A DNA stretch of 62,661 bases, filler included, from Choristocarpus tenellus KU-1152 (taxonomy: Eukaryota; Protista; Phaeophyceae): assembly GCA_964200185.2 (NCBI GenBank). It is 11 parts of 11 records of this genome, joined end to end, with 100 filler letters (N's around TTAATTAATTAA, not from the genome) between each part and the next. Parts side by side here need not be neighbours in the genome. Positions count along the whole stretch, not along the records: positions 34,259 to 41,611 come from CAXNAD020006287.1; positions 41,712 to 45,610 come from CAXNAD020017262.1; positions 45,711 to 49,084 come from CAXNAD020020459.1; positions 49,185 to 51,959 come from CAXNAD020024857.1; positions 52,060 to 56,159 come from CAXNAD020016210.1; 6 more parts are not named here. The stretch is one strand, 5' to 3'. Below are positions 38,926 to 52,203 of the stretch, one piece after another. Position numbers and translations under genes: made by a program. Each line of letters opens with the position of its first letter. The stretch's first letter is position 1. A model generated the notes under the pieces. That model did not search any database. It saw nothing but the letters and a program-made list of their open reading frames with translations, and was not told the origin of the DNA.

Positions 38926-39362
38926 GTCACCTTTTGTTCGAGAGAGACAGACAGAAAAAAACTCCCAAAGCTGACAGGACTCTAAACAGAAAATCATATA
39001 TAGAAAGGGGCAAGAACAAGCAAAGGAGAGGACATGCGATCTTTGGGCTGAGCTTGTCTGTGAGGAGGTAGTTCAGGGTTTGAAAACATATTTTAGATCG
39101 AATATCAAACGGCTGTGAATAGTGGTCTCATCCCTACCTCCATCCACACTCTTGCAACTGTATCGGATGCCCTCTTTTTGTCCATTCCACTTCAATAGGT
39201 TAACCTGTTTGTCAATGAAGTTGTCAGCGCAGCAGTCCCTAAGAGTCCCTCAGAAGTGGTGCCTCCGAAAACAAACAGGCCTGTGACGCAAGATGGACGA
39301 GGTGGTACAGGTGCGATGGTGTCTTGAAAAAAAAGAAGTGAGATTTAGGGTTGATTTTGCAT

Positions 39363-39631
39363 GAGTAAAACACTTAAGAGGGTAGGAGTTTCGATCTGTT
39401 TGTCCGTTCGGGACTTGGCTTCCCACAGGTTTTATATGCCTTTTTTCGGTTTTCTGTGTGAACATTTCAGATTTTGGAGTAGGTAAAATGTGTAAGGACT
39501 AGGAAGAGTGTGTCTGGAACAAGGGTAATAACACTTGCTAACAAATACGATAGCCAAAATGAATCAGAATCGCAACATTGGATTTATGACCCTGAATGGA
39601 CGAGGTCCTACCCTCTTAAATGATTTCGCTC
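39363..39631 (+). mobile_element. MITE family A, diverged subfamily copy
   Basis: GAGTAAAACACTTAAGAGGGTA ... TACCCTCTTAAATGATTTCGCTC. Confidence 0.78.
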
Positions 39632-39762
39632 ATTTAGGGTTGGTTACGAATCCCATGTTCTAGGGTCCGAAACTCAACGGTTCCTGGCTCTTGATCATGT
39701 AGTGTGATGTTAACCGAGGCGACAGTTCAGAGGCGTTTGTCATTTCATGCTATATACATATA

Positions 39763-41543
39763 AACTCTCTGTTCCATAGGTTTGGACTATAAAGTTGTAG
39801 CTCTTGAGGATGACCTCCGATTCCAAAACAGACCTTTGCGTTGGATTCCTTGGAATATTTTACATTACAATAACTAAGCTACAAAGAATTCTACCAAGAA
39901 TTCTGTTCGGAAATAGTTCTGAAAGAATGGAACACAGAATGGTCCATATTTTTTAAATTTTAATGTTCCTGCTGCAGTGTGGAGCCGCAAAATACCCTCA
40001 CAACCCCCATGGTGAGCCCCCACAGCCCATCGTCCCCGCCAAGAAGCCCACTGTCTCGGGGAAAGAACTGCAAGCTGACCAAGTAAGGTTGGACTGCACT
40101 TGCTCTGCGTTATGCATTGGCTCTTCCTCCGGGGCACGAGAGGCTCCCGAGGGGTGTAGGGTCTAAACTGGCGAAAGAGTTTGGAGTGGGAGAGAGAGAC
40201 CCTAGATGGGTGTGGGCGTGTGTCAAAGAACAGTTGGACAGGGGGAATGCTGTCTCCCTGAAATCCCAAGCACAATCTGGACGGTCGTTGGACTTTACGC
40301 CAACAAAACAAGCGATTATCTGGAAATCGGTGCCAGTGATCACACGCCGACTATCGACCAACTTTCCGCTAAGCTTGCCGAAGTGGGCCTCGTAGTCAGC
40401 AGCTCAAGGCTTCATTGATGGCTCAACATCATCAGGGCAACGAAGATTCAGCGGAGCGTCACCCCTAGCCTTTCGTTTTCTCACGAGAAGAACAGGTTGG
40501 AAGTCATCCTTGGCCAGATCTCCCGAACCTTCAAAACCTACAGGACTGGCCTCAACACCATTCACATTGACGAGGTGTGGTTCTACCTCATCTACGAATG
40601 AGAGATGGTGCGCATGTTCCCGGGGGAGGAAAAAGTGGACTTGATGAAGGTGCAGCACAAGGGTCACATTCCCAAAGTGATGTTTCGTGGGGCAGACTGA
40701 AGCATGGGGTGGGGCAGGGGGACAGCCAAGGAGAATTATCTCTATTGTTAACCTACTGTTGCACGCCCGGATCCTTCCCATGATTTTTTCCGTAAGATCG
40801 GGATCTGATGGGTTTGCGTCATCATGAAGGAGGTGCAATGGACTACAGTGCAGCACACGAAGGGCGAGGGGTACAAGGTCAACGTCACCGTCGACGCTGA
40901 GTGGTACCTGGAGTGGTATACGGGACAGATGTTGCCAGCAATCAAGGTGAAAATGCCGTGACTGGAATCGGGGGGGGACCTCCATACGGCAGGACGGTGC
41001 GACCCCGCATACGGGCAAGGGCATAATGCAGAAGCCGAATGCAACAGGGATGGAGGAGGGATGGAGTACTAAGCTCATGACGCAGCCAGCGCAGTTGCCG
41101 GATCTCAACTTCAATTATTTATTTTTTTGCATAGCTGAAGAGCAGTGTATGTGCGGAGCATCACAGCACCATTGATGAAGTTGTAGAGGGGGTTTCAGGC
41201 ACATTCTATGCGTACGATAAAGAAAAGCTCGAGTGAGTGTGGCAGATTCTGTTTAAGAGGTACATTCCGGTGCCAAGGGCACTGGGGGGGGAACGATTTC
41301 GAGGTAGAGCACATTGGGACCGAAAGAAGGCAATGGGAGGGCGGGTTGGCTAGATCAGTCAAAGTAGACTGAACGGACTCCACGGTGGCCCTGGATTGGT
41401 GGGTTGATGGTGTAGAAAAAAGGTGAGACATGACTTTTTAATGTAAAATATTCCAATAAATCCGACGTAAAGGTCCGTTTCGTAATCGGAGGTCATCTCA
41501 AAGAGCTACAACTTAATGTCCCAGACCTATGGATCAGAGGGAG
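39763..41543 (+). mobile_element. Tc1/mariner element of the plant-type (DD39D-like, Stowaway-TIR) clade with pseudogenised transposase
   Basis: ~105-bp imperfect TIRs (right end reads CTCCCTCTGATCC on minus), TA on both sides; motifs HIDEVWFYL, HIPKVMF, RQDGATPH, TQPAQLPDLN; stops and frameshifts. Confidence 0.9.
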
Positions 41544-41758
41544 TATATTTGTGAATCGTGTTATTCTTTGGCGGCGTTGTTCACTCAGGCAAGGGTGGTG
41601 AAGAGAATCACNNNNNNNNNNNNNNNNNNNNNNNNNNNNNNNNNNNNNNNNNNNNTTAATTAATTAANNNNNNNNNNNNNNNNNNNNNNNNNNNNNNNNN
41701 NNNNNNNNNNNCTCATTAATTTAGACACTGTTACTCCCTCCCTTCCCCCCCAACTCCC

Positions 41759-41796
<38 letters not shown>

Positions 41797-41883
41797 CCCT
41801 CCTTGAAATGATGAAAAGCACAAGTTCAGATCTAGGACACATTGGCTCTGGCAAACAACCCCACAACATCCACCCACACAGAC

Positions 41884-44567
41884 CTGAAGGTCCACGAGGC
41901 TAGCCCCATGAGGAGGAGGTGGTAGTCCTGAGCGTTCCGTAACAAGCTGACTCAGTTTTTCACGACCCTTCTTGTCCATGCTGCCACCAAATCCCCACAC
42001 CACAGAGTGTAGCAACCAACGAACAGCAAACCGATCCAACACATCCTGATCCATCACAATAAATAACACACACACACACACACACACAGAGAGAGAGAGA
42101 TAAGAGAGAGGGAGAGATAAGAGAGAGAGAGAGATAAGAGAGGGAGAGATAAGAGAGAGAGAGATAAGAGAGAGAGAGATAAGAGAGAATGATCGTTCAT
42201 CGTTCTCAATGATGATGATAGCCTCACACAGGGTCAAGCCACCAATATACACTCCTACAAAAAACAGTACGTCAGGCAGCACCAAGTCATCCACACCAAT
42301 AGAGACACCTACCACGGGCAGGGGGAAGTCAGGGTGACCTTCGTTGTACTCCAAAAGCAGCCCCACACCCCTCTCCAGCAGAGAGCAGAGAGTCTCCACC
42401 AAACGTTCCCTTGTGGTCTCCATGACATGAGGAGAGGTCAGAGCCATAGACAAGGCTACCGGCACAAGCCGATCGTCCTCAAACCTCATGCTGGTCGCAC
42501 CTGCTCCACTTCTGTGGCCGCCAACACGGCCACCAGGGTCCACCGCAGGTCTACCCGGGGCAAAGAAGTGCGGCTCCAGGGCCCGGACAAAGTTTTGCTG
42601 TGGTACAATAATAATAATAATAATAATGGTAATAACAATCACAAAAATTATGCATGGGGTTCACGAGCGGGAAGATTCAGGTTCAGAGGACATGTTATAA
42701 AAACAAAAACAAAATTTCAAAAAATAAATAGCAGAGAGACAGTGAGATGTGTGAATATGCTGAGCCAATAGGTGAAAATCATTTCTTCATCTATCAAATT
42801 GGGGCTGCAACTCACAGGAAAACCCTAACCCTATCCCTATCCCTATCCCACTGAAGATATCCACACGCTACAAGAAGGCGAGGGCACTTGATTGAATTGG
42901 AGTGTGGCTAGTGGAGGTCATGATCTGGTATTCAATAGCGTGCACCCAACCAGTCTCAGGACCCAGAACAAAAAGACAGGCTACAGAGTGCCACGGGACT
43001 GTGGGAGATTGTCTTACTGGTTTCATGAGGATGGGGAAGAACTAACACAACACAACAAAACAAAACACACACATTCTTACTCTGTGACACGTTAACATTA
43101 ATATCCTCCTCCCCCCCCCCCCCCCCCTCCCCTTTCCCCTCTCAGACTCAACATCAGAATCAGAATGGATCACTGGAGTTATGAACAAATAAACATACAA
43201 AACCTTCAAGTCCTGATTGTTGGGTTAGAGTCAGGGTTTCTCAGGGCTAGTTCATTGAATGGATACCGGTTACAATTGATCCCCTCATCACTTGCCTGAG
43301 CAGGAGGCGCCCCTGGCCCGTCCCCCACACCCGATGTCTCTCCAGAAGGAACGCCCGCAACAGTAGAAGATCCTTCCAACAACGACACCGCCTCATGGCG
43401 TAGACGCTCCATCTAACAATGTCACAACAATACCATGCCAAGGATGACAGGTGACAACAAAAATGGTGAACAAAAAATAAAAGAATAGAAACGTACCGCT
43501 GTTGATATGATATGACATCATCAAACCAACACCACTTCTGCTACTGCTGTCGAAATCATTTCAATTTATTCTTTTTTTGAAATCATACGCCTCCACCCTC
43601 CTTCAAACCCCTCCCCAAAGCTTGCCTAGAATAAGACACGCCTGATGTACAACAAAAGCTTGCATTAACCCAAACCCCCAATAATAAAAATAGGGGGGGG
43701 GGGGGTGTACATTGAGCTTTGCTCAGTCAGTAAGAAATTGAGACAGTGGCACCTGCTGTGGTGATGCAAGGTTCACTACCTAAGGGTTTAGCCCCTAAAC
43801 TTCAACTCCTGCCAACGATAAAAAAACTAACCTGTGGCAACCGGTGGTGCCCTGCAAGCATCAGCAACAAACTCTGACTTTGCCTGAGGTGATCTCATCA
43901 ATGGCCATTACATACACCAATCACTTAAGCATACCTTCACATAAAAGACCCACCGGTGGCGTAATAATTACTTACACAGCATGAACTCAATACATCAACA
44001 CCACCCAACCATTCACCACCACCACAAAGCACACACAATGAAACTCACACACTCCCAACCTCCCTGGTTGATATGTCTCAAAAATGCATAACCTACCATC
44101 GAGAAACAATCAAAAAGGTTAAATCTCAAATAAAGTTTCGCTACAGTTTCGTATGCGGTTCTCTGTACAAGCAAGAACAACCCAATTGTACATTTCACAT
44201 GACCAACTCGGAGCAGAGCAGATCTTGACCGGGCACATAGCGATACCCAATTTGACAAATAGCACCAAATCTCACAATAATACCAACCACTCTTCTGTAG
44301 ACAGGACACAAGCCCCAGGAACAGTTCACAAAGTCCCAACAATAGAGTAACAATTGACAGATAGAGGGACCTACTGCACTTGAGAGTCCTTTCTCTCCCT
44401 CAAAACAAATCCCTCCCAATCATACCTAGGATACATACCTTGTGCCTGAGCAGCATGTCCGTCGTCACCGTACCCGCCAAACCATTAACGCCTTCCTCCT
44501 GAGCGGAGAACCACACCATTCCGCAGCGTGAAACCGTAGCCAAAGTGGCGTACTGAAGGCTGTCCAC
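41884..44567 (-). CDS. DYNC1H1: Cytoplasmic dynein-1 heavy chain, internal fragment (end of AAA2 toward AAA3), 4 exons
   Basis: Exons 44567-44439, 43412-43296, 42597-42313, 42045-41884, all phase 0; LQYATLATVSRCGMVWFS, HVMETTRERL, EYNEGHPDFPL, SVVWGFGGSM are typical of dynein-1 heavy chain. Confidence 0.88.
42066..42188. repeat. Intronic (CA)n plus GAGAGAGATAA-type minisatellite
   Basis: Repeats visible directly. Confidence 0.85.
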
Positions 44568-44598
44568 CTGCCCCCCCCCCCCCCCCCCCCCCCCCCAC

Positions 44599-44632
<34 letters not shown>

Positions 44633-44719
44633 AAAAAATAAAATAAGGCCTCCCCCCCCCCCCCCCCCCCCCCCGCACCACAAATAAAGGAATAATAATA
44701 AATAAATAAATACCTTCAC

Positions 44720-44754
<35 letters not shown>

Positions 44755-45211
44755 TTTTGAAAAATGCAATATAGATGGAAGGACAGTGCTAAAGGCAATA
44801 GGGGGAGAGTTGGTGTAAGGACCAGACTTGGGTTGCACTCAGTGAGACTGCAAATAAGAGCACACTCCAATTGTAGCTCTTCCCACAATGGTATGTATGC
44901 AAAGTAAGAACGTTTGTGGGACTAGAGGACAAACCATTTCCAAGAAGGAACCGAATGATCAAGTAAGTGCACTCCTTGAGACACACCTTGATAGAGGTCG
45001 GAGGAGGGTGATATACATTCATGACATACATTCATGATACACATTCATTGGATTGGCGATGGATGACCTGTATAGTGTCATCGAGCTGTAGGAGTAAGGC
45101 ACTGAGCAAGTGAACCACTAAACACAACAATGTATCGTAGTGCCTGAAATGAAAAATAATATAAGGTACCACTTCATTGGACTAGGTACTAATGTATCAA
45201 TTGCTCCTCAG

Positions 45212-45257
45212 GGTATCAATAACATGGTATCAATAACATGGTATCAATAACATGGTA
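45212..45257. repeat. Tandem repeat GGTATCAATAACAT x3
   Basis: Three exact 14-bp units. Confidence 0.9.
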
Positions 45258-45801
45258 CAACAGTGGTACTCGAATTCAGCAATGAAGAAATGAAGGGAGC
45301 AATAAAAATCTCTCTAACAACCTCTCTGACAATCCAAGCTTGCCATTGAGCCAAACACGCCACAAAACTGGGACGAGGTCTAACTCCCTCATTAAGAGAT
45401 AAAGAATTCAACAACAATAACTACTCAAATGCCAGTTCCATCTATCCATTCTTAACCCCCCCTCCCCCCCCCGTCCTACTCCCTTTTCCGTCAACAAAAA
45501 CTCAACCAAGAGATCTAATGTACCTCCATAAATCAATTGGATGCCTTTGCCACGTAGACCCTCTTAGGGTTAGGGGCATTCTCATCCCCCCCCCCCAAAA
45601 GTACTATATTNNNNNNNNNNNNNNNNNNNNNNNNNNNNNNNNNNNNNNNNNNNNTTAATTAATTAANNNNNNNNNNNNNNNNNNNNNNNNNNNNNNNNNN
45701 NNNNNNNNNNTGTAACTAATGAGATAGTACATCCGGATTACATATGGAATTTGTTTATTATTCATTCCCTTTCGCGACTTTGAAATAGATAGCGAAAACA
45801 C

Positions 45802-45835
<34 letters not shown>

Positions 45836-46112
45836 TCAGGGACAGGTTCCTTTTTTTGGATCTCCGACACACACGTTATGTGTAAGATGCGCGGTCAGAT
45901 ACAATTGCGCGCCAAACACGTCATTTGAGCTCATCCATACTGACCAGTCCAAAGAAACAATCACACCCATGAGATCCGGATTTGACCAAACAGTCAAACA
46001 GTCGGAATGGACCCTCAGAACGAAGAACCATTCCGATTCTGACAAATCAATTTCTTTGCTATGACGTTGCTCAGCCATTCTGGAACATCTGTCGTGTTCT
46101 GGCTCTAATAAA

Positions 46113-46215
46113 AAATAATAATAATATTAATAATATAATATTAATAATAATATTAATAATATTAATAATATTAATAATAACATGATAAATAATAATAATA
46201 ATAATAATAATAATA
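46113..46215. repeat. (AAT)n / TAATAT low-complexity tract (also (AAT)n at ~42607 and ~45802)
   Basis: Directly visible. Confidence 0.85.
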
Positions 46216-46309
46216 AGAAACAATGAGAAGACACCCTCACAAAGGTCACTCTTCTAATTTCAACCATTCATTCCTTTCACGTTCAGCGAAAGGGGTCGTG
46301 TGAGGCTTC

Positions 46310-48250
46310 ATACCTTCTTACCTTCACTACTGACAAATGACATTACCTCCCAAGGTAATTTGCACACAATCAACCATAATGACAGAATGACCCTTCTGCG
46401 ATTGGTATTTTGTTCTGGACCCAGTGAAATTGTTATGCTCTGAGTGCTAATCTCTCCAAAGCATAGGGTATAGGACCCATTTTGGACCAGGCCACAACAA
46501 AGCAAGCATCAGAGTTGCATGGTAGCGAATCGCTTCACCTCAAAGAGGCTACATAACCCTGGGACGCAAAGACGTCGGGTGGCGACTTTGACCCTTGACT
46601 GCCAACTAGCTAGCTTTTGCCTTGCCTGGAGATTCTGGAGTTCCAGTCCCTGACCTACTCTAGCATCTCCTTGCTCCAAGTGTTGCAGTACAAAATGGAG
46701 CCCCCCTGTCTTCGGAACCCTGCTGTCATACTTTTTTTCAATTTTTCGCAAGAATTTTTCAAAACCTAAACCTAACTCAGACGGATGAGATGAACCCCCT
46801 TCACACAGAGGGAAGAGTAGTTTGACGCTAGTGAGAACTTGGGCTCACACCTGCCCAAGAAGCGCACTTCATACGCCTTTTTGATGGAGGGCAATTTATC
46901 AATTCGCCCAACCCGGACATGGTGCTTGTGTGGTGCTTATAACTGACCTTCTTCAAGGGGAACTTGATGAAGTAGCTGGCCACCTGCAAAAAAGAAGGAT
47001 GGGGTATACACAAAGAGCAGGGAGATTGAGTATGCAGCCTAGACCAAGAACTCAGTGCATGTACTTGCACTAGTTGTTCGTCATTTTAGCCTGCCGAGAC
47101 CCACAAAACTGTTTGTCAAGTCTTGGAAGAAGGAAGGAAGAAGAAAATAAATAACTGCTTGCCTTCTTAGGGACGGAATCAACCCTGACATAAAGTGGCG
47201 AAGATTTCATGGTATCCTTGGCACTGTCCGCGATTCAGTAAGTTGTATATACTATTGGCTGGTCTTCCTTGACCCTTGCCGCCACACCAACCTTTTTCAC
47301 TGATCATGACTGAGGCTCCATCGCTGGCAAACTCTATCAGTTTGGCAATATCAAATCCATTTTACTTGCCGCCTTCATGATCACCTGCGTGACAGCAAGC
47401 AGCCAAGTTTAGTGCCATGCAAAGGTGAGAGGTGCTGCATGGATGCACGTGTAACCAAAAGCAACCACCAACAGCACAAGAATGGTGGCATGCACGTACC
47501 TATACACACACACAAGCACTATAGCGTGAGTCTATACAATCATTGAAGTCACAGCTTTATGGATACCCTCACATGTTTCTACCTGTGCTTGAGCCACGGG
47601 CTTTTTCTCGTGAACCTGGGAAAGACCCATGAATTCAACACAGGGTTTGAAGTCATCCTGCACAAGGGAGGGAAGGGATATTTTGTTAGTTTGAAGTGAC
47701 TATTGAAAGCTAGGCCCCCAGTTCAGGTGCCACAAAAAAGAAATGGCGTTACAACTTCTGGTCAACACACTAACCAACTGTATACAATAGGGTCCATCTC
47801 ATGTTTGCCTTGAAATAGCAACGTACAGCAACAGGGCTCCAAGGTTGAATAGATAGAAATCTCTAGCTATAACCCCTTGATGTAGCCCTCAGAGACCAAA
47901 TCCTTCGAACACATACTTTGAAGAGCACCATGAGAAGGCAGCTTTCTCCTTTGATTCGCAGGAGCTCTCATCTGCCTCCAAAGCGTAGCTTCATCATGAT
48001 GGCTTCAGCTTCAACATCCATTGCATAAAGCATCTCATTTGCCCCCATCCTATTTTCATCAGTGGACTCCCTGTGAAGACGTTATAGAACCAGTCATTCA
48101 GGAGGTCCACAGCAGGGGCGAAGTCTGATAAGGAGAATTCCATCTGAGCCAGGAACCCTGTACCTCTGTCAGCAATGTATGAATCGCCTTAATAGACACT
48201 TTCTTCACCTTTATTGGTAAGTGTATGTTGCTGAAAAATCCTTAAAGGGG
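46310..48250 (-). pseudogene. hAT-superfamily transposase relic (ZNF862/C17orf113-like) interrupted by spliceosomal introns
   Basis: Exon-like blocks DDFKPCVEFMGLSQV (~47657-47583), KLIEFASDGASVM...GVAARVKEDQP (~47385-47240), VASYFIKFPLK...KKAYEVRFLGR (~46983-46850); stops and frameshifts; outer boundaries approximate. Confidence 0.7.
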
Positions 48251-48942
48251 ACGAGGCAGTGCCAATCAAAGATTCACCTTATGTACCACCAATTTGTCTT
48301 ATGCATCCATCCATGGATCTCAAGAAAGGTGTACGAGGGAATGGAGTACAACATGCACGCTAAAATGCGACACTTTAGGCGGGTCGACACAAAGAGGGCA
48401 CATGCACACTCACTCAGTACTGTAAAGTTTTTTCATTTCCTCTTATTATTTTTTTCTTGCATCTGTCTTTCCTTTTTGAAACATGTGATCAGTGATATTT
48501 TGGAAACTGGATGTGGACCCTGTGTGTCACTGATGTTACAGCATGCTCCAGAATCTGACCTCCACAGGATATACAGCTCCGATCCACTGCTTATAGATGA
48601 CGCTGATGCTCGTACAAGCCTCCCAGAATACTCCGACAGTCATATGTCCAACAAAGACGATGAGCGTCAGGTCAGCAGATAAGGGTACTCTTAAGAATCA
48701 ATAAGCATGAATATGAAAATTGGTATCAGTTAAGAGTGAGCCATGTGGTATCATTCACTTTTTTTTTCAGTTTACAGACGTTGGAAAACATCTGAAAACC
48801 ATTGCATACACTCCCGAGTTACATATCTTACTCTGCAACTTCTACCAAATCGGATTTCCTCTTTATCAGGTTCCCCACGCGTGTACACTGCTCGCGCTTG
48901 TTAGAGCGCAGGAAGAAATACTCGCTATATTCGCCTGTAACA

Positions 48943-49084
48943 GAGTGAAAGTATCTTAGAGGGTACGATTTTTGCCCTGTTTGTCCATATGGGACTTGGC
49001 TTTCCACAGGTGTTTTATGACTTTTTCCTACTCCGATATGTTTCGGAGTAGGTAAAATTTGCATGTGATGAAAAGGTGTGTCCG
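48943..49084 (+). mobile_element. MITE family A, left half cut by contig end
   Basis: GAGTGAAAGTATCTTAGAGGGTA and the central hairpin. Confidence 0.85.
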
Positions 49085-49392
49085 NNNNNNNNNNNNNNNN
49101 NNNNNNNNNNNNNNNNNNNNNNNNNNNNTTAATTAATTAANNNNNNNNNNNNNNNNNNNNNNNNNNNNNNNNNNNNNNNNNNNNAAACTGTGAGTAAATG
49201 GGAGAGAGACTTCCTAACTAAGGGCCACATCAAGGTGTCGGAGCAAGGGCGCTATGAGAGGCGTTTCGTTCTGGACCTTGACGAGGATATCCTTGCTGAG
49301 GACAAAGAGTGGGTGCGCAAACACGCAGGAAGAAAGCGTGGGGAGGCGTTTTTCCCGTCTAAACCCTTTTATTTTAATCAAATAATAGTGCA

Positions 49393-49610
49393 TCTGTTGC
49401 CACTCTTGGTGACCTACAATCCGGGGTTCGAACCCTAACATGAGCGTTCTTTCTTCAAAATGAATAAATAGCGAAAATAACGAAGCCTGTACTCTGGAGG
49501 ACCTTGTGACGGGCATCACGAATATGCTTTTTATTTTTTAATCCGACATCTACATCAAATGCTATGACGGGACAACTCCAGAGGGCGAAGCTACTGGTAC
49601 CACTATGTTG
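49393..49610 (+). mobile_element. tRNA-derived SINE-like repeat, second copy
   Basis: Homologous to 8230-8448 (-); B-box GGGTTCGAACCC. Confidence 0.65.
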
Positions 49611-49689
49611 GAGAACACAACATTATCGATGTGTCTTCGACATTTGCTCCCTCCTCCCCTCTTTAGGACAATCTCCTTACTTCCAAGTA

Positions 49690-49948
49690 GAGCCAAATTA
49701 TCTTAGAGGGTACAGCCGCGTCCATTTGGGTGCCAAATTCCAATGTTGCAATTTTGATGTAATTTTGGCTATTCTGTGTGTTAGGAAGAGTCAATGTCGA
49801 TGTTCAGGACACACCTTCTAATAACATACACATTTTACACACTCCGAAACATTTTGGAGTAGGAAAATGTCATAAAAAAACCCATGAGAAGCCAAGATCC
49901 AAATCGACAAAAAGGGCAAAAATCGTACCCTCTAAGATACTTTCACTC
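49690..49948 (-). mobile_element. MITE family A, full copy
   Basis: TIRs intact; exact TSD AGTA/AGTA. Confidence 0.9.
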
Positions 49949-52203
49949 AGTACGATTTGCACATCCTTAAAATATCATCTCAATACTCCATTGTACTCAG
50001 GATTACCTTTGTGAAGTAAATACTTCGTGATATGAAGCAGTTTCTCTCAGAGTTCGTACAACTCTCTCTCTATCACAAGATGTTCCACACTCTCACATGG
50101 TTTTGATGATGATGAAAGTGGTTGGTAGAGTTTAATGTTAAAAATATTGACAGCAAATTTCAACTCCACCATGCCCATGCCCAACCAAATCCACCCTAGA
50201 TCCAAGTCATACAGACAAACATATATTATTCATTTCAAAATTTCAATGTATTTTTGTTTTCCACCCGTCCACACTCTTTGTCCTGCTTAGTCAATGGGAA
50301 CTATGCAAGGACCACACGTGCAGGAATGATTGGAAGCCATGATCAAGCTACTTGGGTTACCACATATATAAATTACCTGCCCCAATCCACAACCTCTACC
50401 TTGGAAAATATGATATGTTCATACTGTCGAAGGAGATACCTCCTAATCTCAACAATACTCACTGAACCAATGAATATGAGCGAGTGAGACAATATGATCT
50501 ATCTGTGCCCCTTTGCTCCCTGAACCATGCTAGACCAAACAATAAAAATGTCCCCATTCACTTCCCGTCCTTCAAACGTAGCCATCGCAGTGCCAACGTT
50601 TCTGCAAGGGAAAATTCCTTTTTGTCAAGTTCCAGACCTCACTACCCCACCATGCAGGTTTTGCATACATCACGTACACAGTAAACATGACGTGCCAGAC
50701 AAACCAATTATCTAATCTATAAAACTCAGCACTACATGTAGCATTGGCACGACCAACCTATACTCAGAAAACACCAATGGCCTCATGGTGCGGAGTGCCA
50801 AATAGTCCATGGACCACCAATCCCTCCAAAAACGATTAATCCGCTTCCAGGACTATACCTAATCTCTACTTGCTAAACTCCCACAAAATATGTAAGGTAT
50901 ACCCTTGAATTCTCCCAGCATAAGCCCTGGACCTCAAGGTAGTGGACGACCAACAAGACCAAACAAGTGTCTCAAACGGAGGTGCAACATGTTGGCAGTA
51001 ATCTCTCCAGCTTGAAAGGACACACTGTAGCGAAAGTATTGCAAAGATATCATCTCGAATAATTTGTCTACAGACCTCAATCATATCCTGTTGGTTGATG
51101 AGGTACTATTCACACTGTTGTGCCAGGTGTCAAATTCACTACTGTCAACATATGTACTACGCTCCAACCATGCTAAATGTAAAATACTATCAAAGCGACT
51201 CTTGTAATAATTGTAAACTTCGTTTGCTGTCAATATATTCCTTTTTTACCAGATACACAAATCCATAAATCATTTTTATAGACTTTGTTTTACTTCTGTA
51301 TCATATAATTCAACTTTAACGTAATCAACAGGATTTCTCACTGATCCACACCAGGTAGGAAATACCTACATCGTAGAAACATTTCAAATCTGAACAAATA
51401 CTCCTTTAAGTATTGAAAGTGGATATAAGGTATTGACAAGACTAAGGTACAACAAGAGAACCATATATCACACCGAAAAATACAAACAGAAAAAAGTGGG
51501 AAAAATTCCTAAACTTGGTCACAATTCTTTTTTGCAGTATGTATAAAATATTACCATCGATATCTACCTCACCAACACTCCAGCAGACACTAGAGAGAAA
51601 GAAACAAAATCTTACAAAGAACTATATTCAGGACAAATAATGGAATATGATAAAGGGAGAAGACACACTACTTGTCAACAAGGATATACAAGGCCTCCCT
51701 ACGAAATATATCCACAACCTACACACAAAATGTCAAAAGAGAGGGAGGGAGGCTGTGGTTTCAAACATCTTACAAAACATCACACACAAGTAGTGTCACA
51801 CCTGGTGGGTGTTTCAAGTGGACCAGTGGAAAGAAAACCATGAAACCTCGTTTCTAATTTGAATGCAGTTTGTATAATTCCGTAATCACAACCCTAACAA
51901 CATTCAAGGGCTATCACGTGTTAAGAATTTGCTTTTTTATTCATGTGTAAAAGAAGATTNNNNNNNNNNNNNNNNNNNNNNNNNNNNNNNNNNNNNNNNN
52001 NNNTTAATTAATTAANNNNNNNNNNNNNNNNNNNNNNNNNNNNNNNNNNNNNNNNNNNNGGGGGGAGATGGTGCACACAAACAACAGGTCAAAAATTTAT
52101 GGAGTAATATGTCCCCCCCCCCTCCTCGATCATCCGTTATCCACCTGCAGTCCAACAATCTGGAACCAAAGCAAAGTAACTGAGCCATCAACCACCCGCT
52201 GAA

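Noticed and set aside
40404-41114. 236-aa minus-strand ORF
   Set aside because: Antisense shadow of the mariner transposase pseudogene
44570-44755. Long poly-C, poly-A and (AT)n/(AG)n runs (also 41760, 56090)
   Set aside because: Intronic low-complexity sequence, possibly inflated by sequencing error; the poly-G/F/P ORFs are spurious
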